From NCBI GenBank assembly GCA_965649765.1, contig OZ287750.1, positions 62,496,001 to 62,560,000 on the forward strand: DNA of 64,000 nt, read 5' to 3'. Shown here piece by piece: positions 38,361-50,924 of the stretch. The notes beneath the pieces are model-generated. The model saw only the letters and a list, made by a program, of their open reading frames with translations, was not told the DNA's origin and did not search any database. Numbering within the stretch: the first letter of the stretch is position 1; each line of letters starts with the position of its first letter. This stretch comes from Bispira polyomma. Its lineage: Eukaryota. Both the position numbers and the translations under genes were made by a program.

Positions 38361-40845
38361 AGAGTTAGAGGTTGTTCAGATAGTAGAAGGCTAAACAAAT
38401 CGAATTGTGGCATGAAAAAATAGGAAAATGTAAATGTGGGAGATTTAAAATGAGTTCATAAAATCAAATATTTGGATAACAGAGGATTGGATATTAGAGG
38501 TTCTACTGAATGTGTTACCAGGGAAATATATTCAAATAGATTAGCATATGTGTTGTACAAGATATCAGCAAGTTATATATACTGTTTATGTACGTGGGTA
38601 AGCACAAAGTGGGTCGGTAGTCCTAATGTGGGTCCATTTTTCTCAACTCCCACTTGATGGGGGCAGCCTGTGTACACCATGTTAAATGCTGAATATCCAC
38701 AAGATTTCATTCTAATTCTGGTTAATTACCACTTGTACACCTAAAAACTTTGAATTTTTTAATATTTAAACGATCATTTTGGGTTCAGGTTACAGAGACA
38801 TTGGACGTTTACTGGTTCTAGTTAAAGACATTATATTTATTAATCCTCCCACCTGTTATATATCGATGATGCATACTGGGTACAATAGATATAATTGCTA
38901 TAGTATACAGTTCATTTGTTAACTAGGCTCTTCATGTTTGTTACAACTTCGATCGCCCTTACCCAAAAAAAAAATAAAAATCATTGTTTTGAACTGTCAA
39001 GTTGTATGGTATTTAGTTCAATTGGAACATTAATTTGATCAAGTGACTGCATGGACCCACACACAGACACACACACAGCCACACACCTAACATATAACGG
39101 TACAGACATACAGAAAATATGCTATGTTGTTTTTACACTCTCAAATCGTAGGGTAAATATGTATATCAGTACACTGTCTTTTTACGTAGTACCGGACGCT
39201 ACCGTTGGGGGCAGCACCTCCCCTCCATACGAGCCATGTAATCGTGCAGAATGAAATGTTTACTGGTGTAAAAAATCTAGACGCCTATCTGTTTATCAGC
39301 CTCTTCAGGATATATATATTTTCTTTTTTTTTTTTGTGCATATTTTTATGCCAGTTCAGTAGTTGTGTGTGCTTTGGTTTTTGGGGGTGTTTTTTTGGTG
39401 TTTTTTTGGTATAAGGTACACGCTCTCTTATAAACTGTCCAATAATAGGTTTAATTCTTTTCTATATATAAATACATAATTTTGTTATGTGGCTCTTACT
39501 TAGTAGGCCCAATAGTTCCTTAGTTCCTAAACCCCCCCCCCCCCCCGACTCCCCCCCCCCTCTCTACATCCATTTCATGATCAAACACCTGACAAAGGTT
39601 AGACCATGTTGTCCTGTCAAAATATTTATAACCCCCTTCCCCTCCCCCCAAAAAAAAAATTAGTAAAAAAAGTAATTTTTTGTCCTACTGTTTAAACAAG
39701 AAAAATGTGGTTTATTACCAGAGTGCAAGTCTTCCAGAGGTGAATAGAAAAAAACTGTATTTAGACAGTTGTAAATTGGGCCAGTGTCTTTCCAAGTGGA
39801 CATTTGTTCCTGCATGGCCTGTTAGCTTTTAAAATAAAGCCTGTTTTAGGTGTAAACAGCATAAATATGCATAAAAGAAATGCAAGAAAAAATCAAGGAG
39901 CCCAAACGATAAATGCAGTAGTCTCTATTTTTAACTGGAATATGTATGGAAAAAACTCTAGGAATTGAGTTAGAATATTGTATATATATAGATAATGAAA
40001 AAAAATTATTTGTCATATTTAAGTACAACGCCTTGTATTGTTTTCACCACAGCATAAGCTTCTTCTTGTCACTGAAAGCTAGCAAATAGAACAAAAAAAA
40101 AACAACTGATTTATAACCACAAAAATGACAAAAACAAAACAAAAACACAGTGTAAAACCACATGGTAAGAACTTTTCTGGTAAAAAAAATTGGCTAAAAA
40201 AGTCCATCTGATACAAACACTAGAGTAATTTTTTTGTAATCTATTTTTGTGTGTATTTTTCAACCAGTTTTTAACCAGTTTGACACCATTTTGAGAGATA
40301 CAACATAGTCTGTATTCTTCAAAGTTCTTCAGCTAAACCTCAGACTCAGGCTCACATCTTAGAGCTCAATATCTCTGACTAAGAGTGAAGTTTAGTCAAA
40401 TGTGACTGTATATTTGAATTCAGCACAAAAATCTCTATTAAAATAATTGGTCACAGGTTATTTCCACATTACATAAGTTATTACACATAACTCTCATTCG
40501 AGGTGAAAGTCAAACTTTGAGCTTGAGTTTCCCTGGGGAAGACGAGGGCCCTGGTCTTATTAGTACATACATTAAATATACCACTGACCCTGTTATTTGC
40601 TTCTTCAAAAAAATGATATCAATGTCAGTTTAGCCGGAAGGGTAAAAAGTACACAGCTATGAGCAATGATGAGGAAACTTTGTATTCAAAATTGAGTTTA
40701 CAAATTTTATAAACATTATCACAACAAGGTAATCATTTAAGTAACATTGTTTCATGTTTATCCAATTACGAATCATTGAGAGCAATATGTATTGTTGGCT
40801 TATCTATAGAGTCACACGGGTACACTGGCGAATTATCTTTAAAAA

Positions 40846-40989
40846 CAGTAGAACCTCTATTATCTGAACTTCTGTTATCCGAATATGTCATTTTATGAAC
40901 TCATTTGAACTCTCCCAATTTGATGGTTCTTCTGTTGTTCTGTACAGAAATGCCTCTCCCAAGGTGGCCGGATAAGAGAGGTTCTAATG
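40846..40989. mobile_element. pogo/Tigger-like MITE, both ends present
   Basis: cagtagaacctctattatctg...ccggataagagaggttctaatg-TA. Confidence 0.75.
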
Positions 40990-42544
40990 TATATAAATGA
41001 TTTTTACACATTTAAGATGTACTAGAATATTTTGTGCAAGTGGTTGGTGTTTGGCTCAGTTGGCTGCCATGTTATTGCACATGGTTGAACCAGGAAATTC
41101 AATAAGCACTCTGTAGTTCTGAACTTGCACTGAGGTTTAAAGTGCTCTGTACACTAAGTACACTATGTACAGACATTTGTAAGAAAATTAAGACAAAAAG
41201 CTTTCAGATTCAATGGGGACTGAAGTTTGTTGTTGATTTGTTTTTATAGTTTAAAACATTCAGTAGATAGTACCAAGTCAATGACAGTGCATCCTTAAGG
41301 TTCTTCAAAAAGGGACATACAGTGCATTTAGTATAACTAGAACTGCCACAAGTTGTATATTGCCATAACAAGAAGTAATTTTCCAAGTCCCAACAATTTA
41401 CAATGTAAAAATATAAAGATCACATGGAGTTTGACTTGTACAAAGCGAAATCTATTTTGATGTATCATAGGTTTCTAATTTTAACTTACGTCACTTTTTT
41501 TCTAACATAATATATCCGTCATTCTATTTACAGTTTGCCTTTACTTATATTCTGCATCATCACATGTTAACCCCTCATTTCACAGTCATAGACACAATGC
41601 TATGCTGTCATTGTCCTTATATACCTCCCTATCCAATGACACTATAATGACACAATACGGCTCTATGTCCATTTTACAATGTCGTGAAACAGAATTTCTT
41701 CTTACAACAAAGTAAAGATGACCGCAGTCACTTTTCAATAGAAAAAAACAAGGTGTAAGTAAAACACTCACTTTCTTTTGAGCTTCTGGTCAATGTTTGG
41801 GCCCAAAACAGGCCTATTAAAAATGGCACTCTCTGAGTTGGTCTTTTCAAAGGAGCTTTTAAAGGCATCTTCATTGTCTTCATTTATTTTCATGCTATCA
41901 AGCAATGGTAGTCTTGTAACATTATTTTGGTCATCAGATAAAGGTAGTTGTGCATTCACATCTTGTTCAATGATATTAGCCCAGAATAACAACTTTAGCT
42001 TTTCTGGGAATTGAACCAGGGACTCTATGACACCCAGATGAATTCTCTCACCACCAGACCATAATGTACACCACATTTATAGCCTTTATTTCCAGAGAGG
42101 CTTGTATGGGTCTCAGTGGTGTAGGGGTAACACTCCCACCTCTGCAACCGTATGTTCTAATCTCGGCCCTGGCATACATGTGGGAACATGGACAGTAGAC
42201 TTACTGAAGGCCTTATACTTGCAGAATTCCAGTTCAGAAATCTTGACTCACTGCCCTGTAGTGGCTTTCTTCACCAGTAAACTCCCCATTGTAATATAAT
42301 ATGCAAATGTTGAAAACAATGTCAAACTCAAAATAAACTAAAATCAAACTGGCTTGTAACAATAGTACACAGTAAGATCAAATCTGTTAGACCACTCAGT
42401 TAGGTCCAACTCTTTAGAATCTGTTACCGGTATAACTAGCGGTATAACTACCATGTAAATGCAGCTTAAATCATAAATGTACAAAATAGATTTAGATTTA
42501 TGTAGTCTTATATCACCCCTAATGAAGTATTGTCTGACTTTTTA

Positions 42545-42800
42545 CACTCCCAGCCTGGGATCTTCCACATTGTCAAACCAAGTGTTCACTCTCAGTTCCC
42601 TGAGGGAGCATACCAGCCATTATATGCTTATACATAGCACAACAACTACAACTGCCATTAGCGGCTCTGGTACCCATTTTATACACCGGGGTGAAGAGGG
42701 ACAACTTTGTGTGTGAAGTACATTGTCCAATGCTACAATCTGCAATAAGAAGTGATCCTTGCACCCTCTGAAGTGTACTGCTCTAACCACTAGACCACAG
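42545..42800 (-). mobile_element. tRNA-derived SINE with conserved central domain
   Basis: Minus strand: A-box tggtctagtggttag, central cctcttcaccccggtgtataaatgggtaccag and 3' atgctccctcagggaactgag, all typical of invertebrate SINEs. Confidence 0.65.
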
Positions 42801-44599
42801 TGACCACATTAGGTCCTCAGTAGCAGGGCTTTAGAAGGTCCATCTAGGACATTTATAAATGTGTCTTAACCTTAAGCCCCTGTCTTCAGTCAGGACAATA
42901 ATACTTACTGCAATCCTTTTTACTGTACCTGTAAATGTAAATTTTGAAGCCTTTACGTGGTGCCTAATTAATATTCCCTCCTAAGGTGCCTCTGAGAAGG
43001 GACTGTCCTACTGTACTGATTAGTCATCCTCAGTAGGCAATGATGTGTTCACATCTTTCCAAAGGATGTTATACCCCAGTAACTGTCACTCTCTAACAAC
43101 TAGGGCACCAGACACCAAAAAAAAAGATGATAGTAGTTTAAGTCGTATAAGCCAGAGATAACGGGTATAACAAATGAATTACAACACTGTTGCAATTAAA
43201 GACTTTCAGACAGAATCCTAACATCTATTACAGCTGCAGATTACAATTATTGTTTCTCTTTTTTTCACCTGTACAAAAAACAATAAATGTATCACATAAA
43301 GCTAGAAATTTATAATGAATTTTTATTACATAAAATTTTTATGTGCATGTAGTTCCATACACCCAGATGTTCCTAGGCAGACACAGGCCCATTTGTTTGT
43401 TTATTGGAGCAAAAAAATATCAGTTGGCATCAGTGGTTGGCTTGTAAAAACTGTTTATTTTAATACAAATTTAATGAGTTTTCAAATACTAAAGTTCCAT
43501 ATCTCATAAATTGGCCAGTAAGCTCTGGCTGTATGGAAATTACTGAAGTTAAAGTCAGACACCTGGTATTTAGTCTTCCAACCATTGGCGATCTGCTACT
43601 TGGAAACATAGGCTAACTCTGAGAACTGGGCCAAAACCATTACCTGGTATGAGATAAGAGATAGCAGTGGATCTGTACTTCACGACTTCCTGGGCGTAAA
43701 AATAAATTCTTGCTTAAACTCAAACACCATACAGATAGATTTCCTTATTCATAAGAATATAACATAGCATATGTTACCATTCATTTTATAAGAGCTTTCA
43801 GCATGGGACTCAAATATCTAGTCAGATTTTAGATATTTTTCTAGTATCGAAAGATATAAATCACAGGATTTTTTGAATGGTCATTGTGAGGATGAGTTTA
43901 ATTTTAAAAGAGAGTTTTGATATATACAGGGCCCTTCAGTGTGAATCAGTGCATTACTGTGTTTGACAGGGATACACCTAGAGACAAAAGTTCGGGATTG
44001 TCTCATTTTGTTGTAGTTCTGGTACTTGGACAAACATGTACAGAGGTGATATACTGTATAAAAACTAAAAATAGCTAGTAATTGATGGGGGTTTTTTTTT
44101 TAACTCAGGAAGATAGAAAAATCAATCTGAAAAAGAATGTGTTTCTATTGGTCTGTGATAGAGAACAATGTGAGGCTGTAGGTCTTTTAACCCAGCAAGT
44201 ATGATTGTAAACTGTGTGTACTTTCTTAAGAGGAAAGCAAATTAATCATGAGCCGGACTTAGTACATCTGCAAAATATCACGAGGTGTCCTAGATCTTTA
44301 TCACAGTCCTGGTATTTAGACAACTGAGGTGAATGTGTAGTAAAGGGTTGAAAATGTGCCCAATGTAAATACATAAGATAACAAGTCAGTCCCATTCTCA
44401 CACAGCGATTCTTTTCCAAAGTACAAAACAAATAAGTATCCATTGTATTAAAGAATTTGTTTTTGAAAGAGCAATTTAGCTAATTTTCAAACATTTTAAA
44501 CGTTTAAACTTGTAGAAATAAGTGGACAAGGTGCCGCCATGTTGAATTTGCTGCAGAAATGCATAAAACATAACATTTCAAATGTGCTTCCTCATACGC

Positions 44600-44855
44600 A
44601 GTCACTATGGGTGCCGAGGCTTGAGGATGACCATTTATCAACGTCCTCAAGGATCTTTAACCTGCCACTGGAGATAAAACTCAGTGAAAGAGGAACACCA
44701 TTTTAAGTGGTTATCCGAGCCACTGGGCAAATGCGGGTTCACCATCTTGCCCAAGGATGTTATCCCACCAAAAAAAAACTAACGGTCGGTATCGGCAGTC
44801 GAACCCCAGACTTTCTGATCACCACACCAACACCCTAACCACTAGACCATGGGGA
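44600..44855 (-). mobile_element. tRNA-derived SINE (best-preserved copy)
   Basis: Minus strand: A-box tggtctagtggtta (44836-44849), B-box ggttcgactgcc (44794-44805), then CORE-like tccttgggcaag. Confidence 0.75.
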
Positions 44856-44883
44856 TCACTACATAACACCCAACCTTAAGGAT

Positions 44884-45048
44884 AACCCTAGATCCTAATG
44901 CTGTACTCCTATGAGAGTGGTCCACTCAAAGCAGTTCAACCCTAGATCCTAATGCTGTACTCCTATGAGAGTGGTCCACTCAAAGCAATTCAACCCTAGA
45001 TCCTAATGCTGTACTCCTATGAGAGTGGTCCACTCAAAGCAGTTCAAC
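44884..45048. repeat. Tandem repeat, 54 bp x3
   Basis: aaccctagatcctaatgctgtactcctatgagagtggtccactcaaagcagttc at 44884, 44938 and 44992. Confidence 0.95.
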
Positions 45049-45952
45049 TGTACCAAATATAGAAGGGCTTTATGAAAATGGGGCCTGGAAATGAGTTCAT
45101 AAAATTGAATGTTCAAGTCGTAGAAGTTTGGTTAATAGAGGTTATCCTGTACATGTTGGGAGTTTTCAGCAAGGCATATGAAAAAACAGGTCTGAATCAA
45201 TGTTTTGAAAGTCTTTTTAGCCCAAAAGATCTATTTTATGGTTGTACAGCAAAACTTTTATGTATGAATATTCCATTTTATGAACACATTTACACTTCAC
45301 CAAATTGATCTTTTCGATTATTTATACTCGTCTATTTCCACCTTTTATTGTCCCCCCAAAATCTTCCGCTGTCCCAACATGTTTGGTTATTAGAGGTTCT
45401 ACCACCTTCACATTCCCCTGCAATTTGAAATATCTAATTTCTTCTGTTTTTCAGTAATCTGAGCCCTGCCTTGAAAATTCCTGCTAGTATCTCGCTTTGT
45501 CTAAATGCTGATAGTCACATGTCTTGTGTCATAGTGTGTAGCTGTTACTTGCCAGGTCACTTTGACGTACTACCAGTGTTTTAGAGAAGTCCAATGAATA
45601 GAGAGCTGAATTTTAAGGTGTTAAGCTGATATTTTAGATACTCTTACATAAACAGTGCAGCTGTAAATATGCATTTCACCAAACAAAGCTGCATATCCAA
45701 GATATATATAACATCTGTACAACGCATTCCATTATACAGTCATAATGTCCCAAACTGTGCCAAACATGTTTCATTGCGGTGACAATATTCAAACGTGTTT
45801 CATTACAGTCATAATATCTAATTTTCTTTTCTTATCACTGCCATCAGACTATTTGGGAGCTCAAAGATGTTTTAAAAGTGGGCTTTTCTTTTCTTAAGTT
45901 TTTACTTTTTTCCTTCTCTGAACCATATACATGTACATTAAGCTCTCTGTAT

Positions 45953-46569
45953 CTAGAACCAGTGTAAGTCGACCTACTCTACAACTAGAACCAGGGTAAG
46001 TCGACTTGCTCTACAACTAGAACCAGTGTAAGTCGACCTACTCTACAACTAGAATCAGTGTAAGTTGACTTACTCTAGAACTAGAACCAGTGTAAGTCGA
46101 CTTACTCTAGAACTAGGACCAGTGTAAGTCAAATTACTCTAGAACTAGAACCAGTGTAAGTCGACTTACTCTAGAACTAGAACCAGTGTAAGTCGACTTA
46201 CTCTACAACTAGGACCAGTGTAAGTCAAATTACTCTAGAACTAGAACCAGTGTAAGTCGACTTACTCTAGAACTAGAACCAGTGTAAGGCGACTTACTCT
46301 AGAACTAGGACCAGTGAAAGTCAAATTACTCTAGAACTAGAACCAGTGTAAGTCAAATTACTCTAGAACTAGGACCAGTGTACGTCGACCTACTCTAGAA
46401 CTAGAACCAGTGTAAGTCGACTTACTCTACAACTAGAACCAGTGTAAGTCGACTTACTCTACAACTAGAACCAGTGTAAGTCGACTTACTCTAGAACTAG
46501 AACCAGTGTAAGTCGACTTACTCTACAACTAGAACCAGTGTAAGTCGACTTACTCTAGAACTAGAACCA
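45953..46569. repeat. Minisatellite, 32-bp unit, ~19 copies, palindromic core
   Basis: Unit ctagaaccagtgtaagtcgacttactctagaa, containing the perfect 14-bp palindrome gtaagtcgacttac. Confidence 0.95.
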
Positions 46570-47534
46570 ACTTTCTGGTCCCAGCAGTCAAAAATAACCA
46601 TATGTAGAGGTATATCATGTTTGGTTTTGGATATTAGGCATTGAATTTGTGTCCAGTCTATTATTCTACCTATCTGTCGTAACTGAAGACCATGTCAAAC
46701 TTCTTTCCACCCCTACTTGAAGCCACTTTTCTGTAAAATCACTACAACGTAACCTCTATTATTAACCAAAGTTCTATTTTCCAAATATTTGATTTTATGA
46801 ACTCATTTTTACTTCTCCAAATCGTTTTATACAGAAATTTCTCTTCTATTTCATAAACGTTCTGTTGTCCAAATAAAATCTTAGCGGGGAACAAGATTTT
46901 GTTTATGTTATCAAATATTTATTATAAAGAACATGAATTGGGAATAAAGTTCTTGCAAAAATGTATATGTGAGAGAGTGCAAATTTCCATTCAACATATT
47001 TTTTTACAATTCAAAAACTTGACAGTTAAAATGATAGATATTCTAGAGGATCCATAGGACTGCACAGGCCGTATTTATCAAAGGTTTTAAACTTGTACTT
47101 GAATTCAAGTACCATTCGTTTTCACTGAGCTTTCAGTGAACAACTAAAATATGTGCTTGGGTTTTAGATATCTTTATTGCCTATACAGCCTTTATTGCCT
47201 ATACAGCAGGCTGAACAACAAGATGGCTGCCATGGTGACTATTAAAAAATCCATTGTTTGTTATAGCCAAAATGCTAGAGGTAGAGTCACGAAATTTGCT
47301 TGGAGCTTCCTTTAAAAAAATAAGGAAATCTTTTATCAGTTTGAGGTGAAACAACTGATTTTTTTACGTCACACATGACCCAATATTCATAAAATGGCAA
47401 ATTTTTCAGGAAACAGGAATTGATAAAAGTGATTTTTGATCCTGTGGGGTAGAAAGGATGTGTTACAGGACAATGTTGAAATGTCCAAATTTATACAATT
47501 TTTCTTCTTTCCCACATAAACTACTACATCACAA

Positions 47535-47643
47535 ACTTTTACACAAATCCTTCAACATACTACCGGTAAGACTTTTACACAAATCCTTCAACATACTACT
47601 GGTAAGACTTTTACACTAATCCTTTAACATACTACTGGTAAGA
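47535..47643. repeat. Tandem repeat, 36 bp x3
   Basis: Unit acttttacacaaatccttcaacatactac(c/t)ggtaag. Confidence 0.85.
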
Positions 47644-49006
47644 TGTTTAAAGACATTTGCACAGTAGAGGATCATTACAGTCTTTGTCTTGTTGTGACTA
47701 AAGTATAAAGTTCTGTGGTAAAGAAAAAGGGCCCAAGACAATGTATATGCTCTAACCAAAGTGGGTAGTTTGAGTCTATCACCATAAGGTCCAGGACTTA
47801 AAAGGAGGTTGATCCCAGATATACAATCAAATCCCTTAAAGTAGAACTCAGTTGATATCATCTGGAGAGAAGCTTTTAAGTCTCACACAAACCTTCCATC
47901 CTGTTAAGATGAAATCCTGCTTAAGTAAAGGTATTTCTCCAGGTTCCTTGAGACCTGCCTAAATAGGTTCAAATGTATTATTATCTGTTTGATAAAAAAA
48001 GAAAAGAAATAGCACTAATTCTTTAATAATCTCAGATAAAAGAGGAATTACAATACTATCATACAGCATTTTTAATGGACCAAAGAGTTCATTGGCTTCA
48101 TCATTGATTTGAATTACATCATACAAGTTTTTTTATAGTGGCCATTAAGATTTCATCTGAAGTACGGTACTCCTATTAATTGCTACAAAGAGAATAACTA
48201 TCAATGGTATCTTATGTTGTCCTTAAAAGTATGTGCAAGAAAAAACGTAAGCTATTTCAGTGCATTTAATACTGTATTGTCTGACAGTAAACTATCTCTC
48301 CAAGCGGAAGTTGTGATGTGCCACAACTGATGGCAAATTTGTCACCTCTTTATAAATGATACTCTTGCTTATGCTCATGTGCAAGGTATTTAGCAATATT
48401 GCTTTTCTAAATCTGGTATCCTGCCACCAACATTTTATTTGATTATCGCAAATCTGTCATTGGCTGTCACATAAAACGTCCACTAAGAGTCCTATATAAC
48501 ATAAATCTATACATATATTGCTTGGGTGGGACATATATAAATCAGTCTCAAGTCATCCTCCTAGATGTCTTAAACTTAGGACAAAACTTTGGTCCAAATT
48601 TTGTAAATCCCGACCTAGGTAAATTAAATTTTCACAGGATAGTAACCTACCATGGAAATCTATTGCAATCTGTAGTGTATTACATGGAATATTTTTAAAT
48701 ATAATATATTCATTTGAAAACTAAGTCTGTCTTTTGATGCCTGCCAACAGAATGTTCATTTTTTTGTGTTATTGCTTGGAACTGTTTTGTGGCATAATAC
48801 AACATCTGGTATTATATGATAATCTGCGTTGAATAATTATTGTCTTTTTTTTTTACAAAGTTTTTTTTTTTCCCCCTTCTCCCCAATAAATTGTTGTCTT
48901 TTTGAGAAGTAAATCGTAGTTGTCTTTATGCAATTTCTATATAAAGTTTATTTTTTATTTTTTTTCTTCTTGATATTACACAGTAAAAATCAATACTTAG
49001 CCGATA

Positions 49007-49011
<5 letters not shown>

Positions 49012-49051
<40 letters not shown>
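49012..49051. repeat. (TA)n microsatellite
   Basis: About 20 uninterrupted TA dinucleotides. Confidence 0.9.
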
Positions 49052-49053
<2 letters not shown>

Positions 49054-49332
49054 TATAGATTATACAAGTCCATTTATATGTTGTGACAAAGTTCACAGTC
49101 TTTAAATACAGCTGATTACTCATGATAAATGAAAAGGATAATTGCATTTTTGCTTTAAAGACTGAAAAAAATATATTAAAGGTCCAATATTCATGCAGGG
49201 CGCCGATGGTACCTATTCACCCTGTTCAGCCAGGTGGATAAGCCACATTTTCCACATGGTCCATTAAAGTAGATCAATGGTTTGTCTGTGTACACACCTA
49301 TTGACAGAAGTCTCTGTCTGCTGTATTTGTAG

Positions 49333-50924
49333 GTCTCTCCAAGCACTTAGTGACCCACCCAGAGTACCGTAACGATCCAAACTTCAAGGGGGCAGAGTTG
49401 TTCACCTGTCCCGTCTGCGAGAAGCTCTTCACCAGGGAGAACTACTTGGAAAGGCACATGGAGATGAAACACGATGAAGAGCATGCTAGGGCCTATGAGA
49501 TCTACAAGCAGAAGTACATCCGCAAGCCGCCACCAGTTGAGAACAGCGACCAGGCTGTACCAGTGTTAGATGGCCCGCACCCTCCTCCTCCTTCTCTCCC
49601 TCCTCCCCCTCCTCAACCAGCTATACGGGAAGCTAGGGAAAACCACATGTCTCCGCCTTTTCCTATGGACAACGGTAACCAAGGTAACATTGCAGTGAGG
49701 CCTGCCACCATCTCTCGGCCCCCTCCAGAATCTCCAAGCGATTCGGAAATCGAGGATTCTAGCCGGAGGAAGGAGAATCTACACGAGTCTCGAGGACTGC
49801 TTCCCTCCCATTCGGAGTCCTTTCACAGTGACACCTCCTTTGAGAGATCTAGTCCTAGTCGCCAGCCACATGCCTCCATGCCTCAGAGGGAGGCTGGCAC
49901 TCACTGGAACGAGACGAACAGCGCAAGAACAAGCCCCCGCGTCCCATCTGACACGCAGCACCAGCCCTACGACATGTCCCAACGGCCCGACATGATCTCC
50001 AAAACGCATCCGCCGGGCCCAGTACGGAGTGCCTCTGTCAGCCTGCCTGTATTCCCGGACTCGTTTGAGCGCCATATGAAGGACAAGGACTCCCCAGACG
50101 ACCCTAACATGCCTCGCCAGGGGCAAAAGTCTTACCTGTACCGACATATGGCCTCCCTAGACGAGGAACAGCTGCGCTCGGCCTCCAGCAACTTTGGGGA
50201 GCGGCAGATAACACACGACGCACACCAGGTGTCTTACGATCAGTTTGTGCGTGATCACATGATGGACGAACACAGAACCTCAGAGAAGGCTGACTTTAGT
50301 CAACGCAATGGTAACAAACAGGGTGTATCTCGCAGTGAACATTACCTCTCCTCTGATCCAGATGACAGGAGGGTGGCGGACAACTTCTTTGGCCAGCAGC
50401 ACCAACAGCAGCAGCAGCAGCAACATCCGCCACAGGCACGGCTGCCACCTTCCTCAGTAGGGACAGAGGTAGCCAATCACAGGCCACAAGAGAACTACAT
50501 GGACAGGAATCGGGGGCTGTCCAAGACGGCCTCCCCTGACAGTAATACTCACCTGAGCAGCCACGAGGACCCTATTTCCCACATAGACAGGCACTTCCCT
50601 TACGCTCGGTCACCAAGCCACGATCCAGTGAGATCCTTACCCAATCAGGAACACGCCCGACTTCTGGCGGGCAATGAGGATATGCGCTACGACTACCCAC
50701 ACTATAACACTCACGGCTTGCTGCCTCCCGGGCACGGTTTGGTACGCGAGCGATTCCCGTTCAACCTGCCCCCCTCCTCGCTGCCTGCGCCCAGTTTCCC
50801 TCATCCAATGAGTCCCAGGCCATCACTGGGTGGCCAGTACCCGACTCTGGGCCACCGCAGTGACGAGGAAGTGGCACAAGCCCTTGAGAGCCTGGCCAGG
50901 GCTATGAGGCCCGCTTATAGATAA
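49333..50924 (+). CDS. C2H2 zinc-finger protein, terminal coding exon (C-half of finger 2, finger 3, long low-complexity tail)
   Basis: Acceptor ctgtatttgtag|49333 (phase 1) completes CQICNKKYSHETG|LSKHLVTH (C-x2-C-x12-H-x3-H). Finger 3 is CPVCEKLFTRENYLERHMEMKH. The 524-aa ORF runs to TAA at 50922-50924, is clearly GC-richer than the flanks, and contains poly-Pro and poly-Gln tracts. Confidence 0.93.
50394..50423 (+). repeat. Coding CAG/CAA microsatellite (poly-Gln, QQHQQQQQQQ)
   Basis: cagcagcaccaacagcagcagcagcagcaa, in frame with the terminal exon. Confidence 0.85.

Noticed and set aside
44790-44855. tRNA-like A/B boxes as a tRNA gene
   Set aside because: No convincing cloverleaf; the sequence continues into a SINE core found in several decayed copies.
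30081-46569. Regular arrays (46, 41, 37, 53, 54 and 32 bp) as possible CRISPR arrays
   Set aside because: They are head-to-tail repeats without unique spacers, there are no cas genes, and the context is a eukaryotic intron.
49350-49352. GTG start of the 524-aa ORF as a single-exon gene
   Set aside because: The frame begins at the acceptor at 49333, and splicing completes a C2H2 finger begun in exon 36690-36788.
49779-50487. Antisense ORFs of 122 and 63 aa
   Set aside because: They are shadows of the GC-rich terminal exon.
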